Below, one piece after another: positions 61,323-64,000 of a stretch of 64,000 nt of DNA. The stretch is taken from positions 2,976,001-3,040,000 of the forward strand of contig CBDFKD010000002.1 in the NCBI GenBank assembly GCA_965248695.1. The letters are read 5' to 3'. A program made the position numbers and the translations under genes. The notes under the pieces were generated by a model. That model saw nothing but the letters and a program-made list of their open reading frames with translations, did not search any database and was not told where the DNA came from. Position 1 is the stretch's first letter. Each line of letters opens with the position of its first letter. This DNA comes from Acidobacteriota bacterium (lineage in GTDB: Bacteria > Acidobacteriota > UBA890 > WLXD01).

Positions 61323-62836
61323 GCGGAACCGACGATCTCGTCCATGTACCACTCGACAAAGTCGCTCGGGCCGCTCTCCCCGATCGAGTAGCGACCGGCG
61401 CTGTAGCTCCCTGAACCCACGCCCCGGTGGTTGTTCTCGACTACCCAGATGTCCTCCTGGATCGTCACGTGCCAGAGAGCCATCAGGTCGTCGGGGTCGT
61501 AGTCGCGTCCCTCGACCGCGTCCGGGTGCACGAGCCACATCAGCTCGCAATCGGTCTGCGCCGCTCCGCGCGGGGTGAAGCGCGCGATGGCAACATGGTC
61601 GTCGTAGCACTGAGCGTAGTAGGAAAAGAACCGCGTCGCCGCGACCCGGGTCCCATACGTCCATTCGCTGATGTTGGGGAGCAACGGCGCCAGCTGCGTG
61701 CCGTCCATGGAGCCGGTTATGTAGTCGGGATTGAGCCTTCCGAACACGCGGTATTGGTCGGAAGCAGCGCCGCTTCCCATTCCCATCGCGCCGCCGAACC
61801 CACCACGCAGGTTGCGCTGCCCCTCCGGCCGGACCCAGGCGCGCACAGCGGTAGCCCGTTGCTCGAGCTGTTCGGCCGTGCCCTCTATGTCGTAGTTGTG
61901 GGTCGTCACCAGCGATTTGTGGGAAGGCCCGCAGTGATAGCACTCCTGGAAGTTCTCCAGCGCCAGCTTCCAGTTGCCCGCGATCGGATACTGCCGCCGA
62001 ACCGCGACCTTGAGATCGGCGGTGCCGTAGTACTCGAGCGTGGGGCGCATGCCGCCAACCTGGGCCTCGAAGTCCGATGGCTCATCCGCTTGCGAGAGGT
62101 TGAGGAAGATGTTGCCCTCCAGGTCACGCAGATGGCACGGGATGAGTCCGTTGTCGGCCGGATCGAAATCCTCCTGCATGCCGTAGGCATAGATGAGGCT
62201 GCCCTCGGTATCGTACGTTCAGGCATGGTACGGACACCGGAAGACGGGGCTGCTGCCGCTACTTCCGAGTTGCTTCACTGACAGGCGAGGATCGCCGGGT
62301 ACCGCGTCGCCGTCGTGACGGCACAGCCGCGATCCGCGGTGTCGGCAGACGTTGTGGAAACCGTTTACCTGGCCGTCGTTTCCGCGCACGATGATGACGC
62401 TGTCGCTGCTGCCGTACCCGAAGACGAAGTAGTCGCCGGCGTTCGGAATCCGCGAGGCATGGTCGGCGAACATCCACTGGCTCTCGGCCAGGAACGCCTC
62501 GTCCCGAAGATAGTGCTCCTCCTCGAGGTAGTACTTCGCCGGAATCGTCGTGCCCGGCTGCCAGCCTTCCGCGTAGCGGCGCCTGACGGTCGAGGCGACC
62601 GTGCTCGGGTGGGCACCGACGCCGCCGTAGCCGATGACGCGCCCCGGTGGGTTGATGCGGGCAGCGGCCCCGTTCGGGGCTGCCGTGGCCGCCGTGGGCG
62701 ACCCGTTAGCGGCGAGCGTCTCTCCGTGCAGAGCTCCTGGAAGCGCTACGGCCGCGGCGCCGGCTGCCACGGATTTCTTGGCGAAATCTCGTCGGCTGAC
62801 AGTACCTGTTACGTCTTCGCGATCGCGCTTCTTCAT
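61319..62836 (-). CDS. Rieske ring-hydroxylating oxygenase alpha subunit (GbcA-like) with Tat signal, interrupted by an in-frame TGA at 62221-62219
   Basis: SRRDFAK; CRHRG...CPYHA*TYD Rieske motif; NWK...ENF.ECYHC..H and ED mononuclear iron motifs in the in-frame downstream ORF. Confidence 0.85.
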
Positions 62837-62890
62837 ACCGATCTCCCCGAATGACTCTGCCTCCTGAGACGGCGTTTCGCCGCCTGACAG

Positions 62891-64000
62891 TCAGGAGTCT
62901 ATTGGCGCCGACGACGGCGTCACAAGGGGCGGCGCGGCCGGATCGGGGTCCTCCGTGAGCCGGTGCCCGAGATCGGCTGTCTCCGAAGGAACCAGGAGGA
63001 GACCGCACCTCCGAGCCCAATCGCCGAGCGCGGCGCTGCTGGTGGTACGGACCAGAGGCGCCGCCAGGAGCAGTCCCGCCAAGATCGGGGCAAGCCAGGG
63101 GACAAACGCCGGGCTATAGATCAACGTGACTCCGAGCCAGGCAACGCCGATGCCACTGATCCAGCACGTTTTCCTGAGGGCCGTCGGCCAGGAGACGTCC
63201 ATGCCGTGCCGTCGCTGGACGCTCCACTGAACCGTGTGCCCGGTCAACACGCTGAGAACAAACCGGCAGTGGTACATCATCATGAGCGGCGCCGTTACGA
63301 CCGCGAAGACCATCTCTATCAGGGCGCTGACAACGAGCCTGCCGGCGCCGCCGAAGGATCTCCGATTCCGCGCCAAGGCAAGCCCAAGCGCCAGCAGCTT
63401 GGGCACGAACAGGATGACGACCGTGACCAGGAGCAGTGAAAGCACCGACTGCGCGCCAGGCAACGGCAAGGCCGCGAGCAGGTCGTACGGTACGGCAGCA
63501 GCGAGGCGGATCTCGCTGCTGTCGAACACGACGTACGCCGTGCTCGTCAAGAGCATCAATAGCCACAGCAGCGACGAGACGTAGCCCATGGCGCCGAGCA
63601 CGAAATGTAGCCGGCTCATCGGATGCAACCCGCGAGCCAGCAACAGCCGCAGATGTTGCAGGCTCCCCTGAGCCCAACGGCGGTCGCGCGTGGCGTAGTC
63701 GAGGATGGTGCCGGGCAACTCCTCGTAGCTGCCGCCGACCGACGGTAGCAGGTACACATGCCATCCGGCGCGCCGCAGCAGCGCTGCCTCGACGAAGTCG
63801 TGGCTGAGGATCTCGCCTCCCCAGGGCGGTTCGCCGCGCAGCACCGGCAGGTCGCAGTGGTCGATGAAGGCACTCAGCCGCACGATGGCGTTGTGGCCCC
63901 AGTAGTTGGCGGCATCCCCCTGCCAGAAGCTCTGTCCGGTAGCGATCATCGGGCTGTACACACAGGCAGCGAACTGCAGCAACCGACCGAACAGCGTCGT
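62891..64000 (-). CDS. opgH: Glucans biosynthesis glucosyltransferase H (5' partial)
   Basis: NYWGHNAI.R, ILSHDFVEAALLRRAGW, GSYEE.P, RDRRW.QG.LQH. Confidence 0.93.
   Translation of the reverse strand, partial: TTLFGRLLQFAACVYSPMIATGQSFWQGDAANYWGHNAIVRLSAFIDHCDLPVLRGEPPWGGEILSHDFVEAALLRRAGWHVYLLPSVGGSYEELPGTILDYATRDRRWAQGSLQHLRLLLARGLHPMSRLHFVLGAMGYVSSLLWLLMLLTSTAYVVFDSSEIRLAAAVPYDLLAALPLPGAQSVLSLLLVTVVILFVPKLLALGLALARNRRSFGGAGRLVVSALIEMVFAVVTAPLMMMYHCRFVLSVLTGHTVQWSVQRRHGMDVSWPTALRKTCWISGIGVAWLGVTLIYSPAFVPWLAPILAGLLLAAPLVRTTSSAALGDWARRCGLLLVPSETADLGHRLTEDPDPAAPPLVTPSSAPIDS

Noticed and set aside
62190-62221. Rieske TGA as selenocysteine
   Set aside because: The column is a conserved Trp, not Cys, and the downstream stem GAGG/CCTC is only 4 bp

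Overview
High-GC bacterial DNA, probably Acidobacteriota, inferred from a PadR + duplicated orphan permease (ADOP) pair, a kinase-TolB remnant and many secreted PQQ/amidohydrolase genes. It is mostly catabolic and periplasmic enzyme genes: two quinohemoprotein dehydrogenases, D-aminoacylase-like hydrolases, a BCCT transporter with a homocysteine methyltransferase, a beta-oxidation cluster with an ACAD + kinase pair, and opgH. The main hidden signal, missed by the ORF track, is four unlinked thiol-redox genes, each with an in-frame TGA at the catalytic Cys position (CxxU SelW/Rdx-like, UxxC redoxin-DsbD fusion, UGSC, UGC). Each TGA is followed 19-25 nt downstream by a hairpin with a G-first, GU-containing loop resembling a bacterial SECIS, which points to a dense selenoproteome that is partly exported. 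Two more in-frame TGAs (M43 protease, Tat-signal Rieske oxygenase) are not at Cys positions. Also present: two copies of a 276-bp MITE-like element with perfect 33-bp terminal inverted repeats and pairing-preserving substitutions, a HicB-MNT/HEPN toxin-antitoxin locus with three TGATATCA palindromes at exact 23-bp spacing, an orphan Nif11-like precursor, and several deletion scars or chimeric gene remnants. All calls come from reading motifs by eye; no database searches were run.
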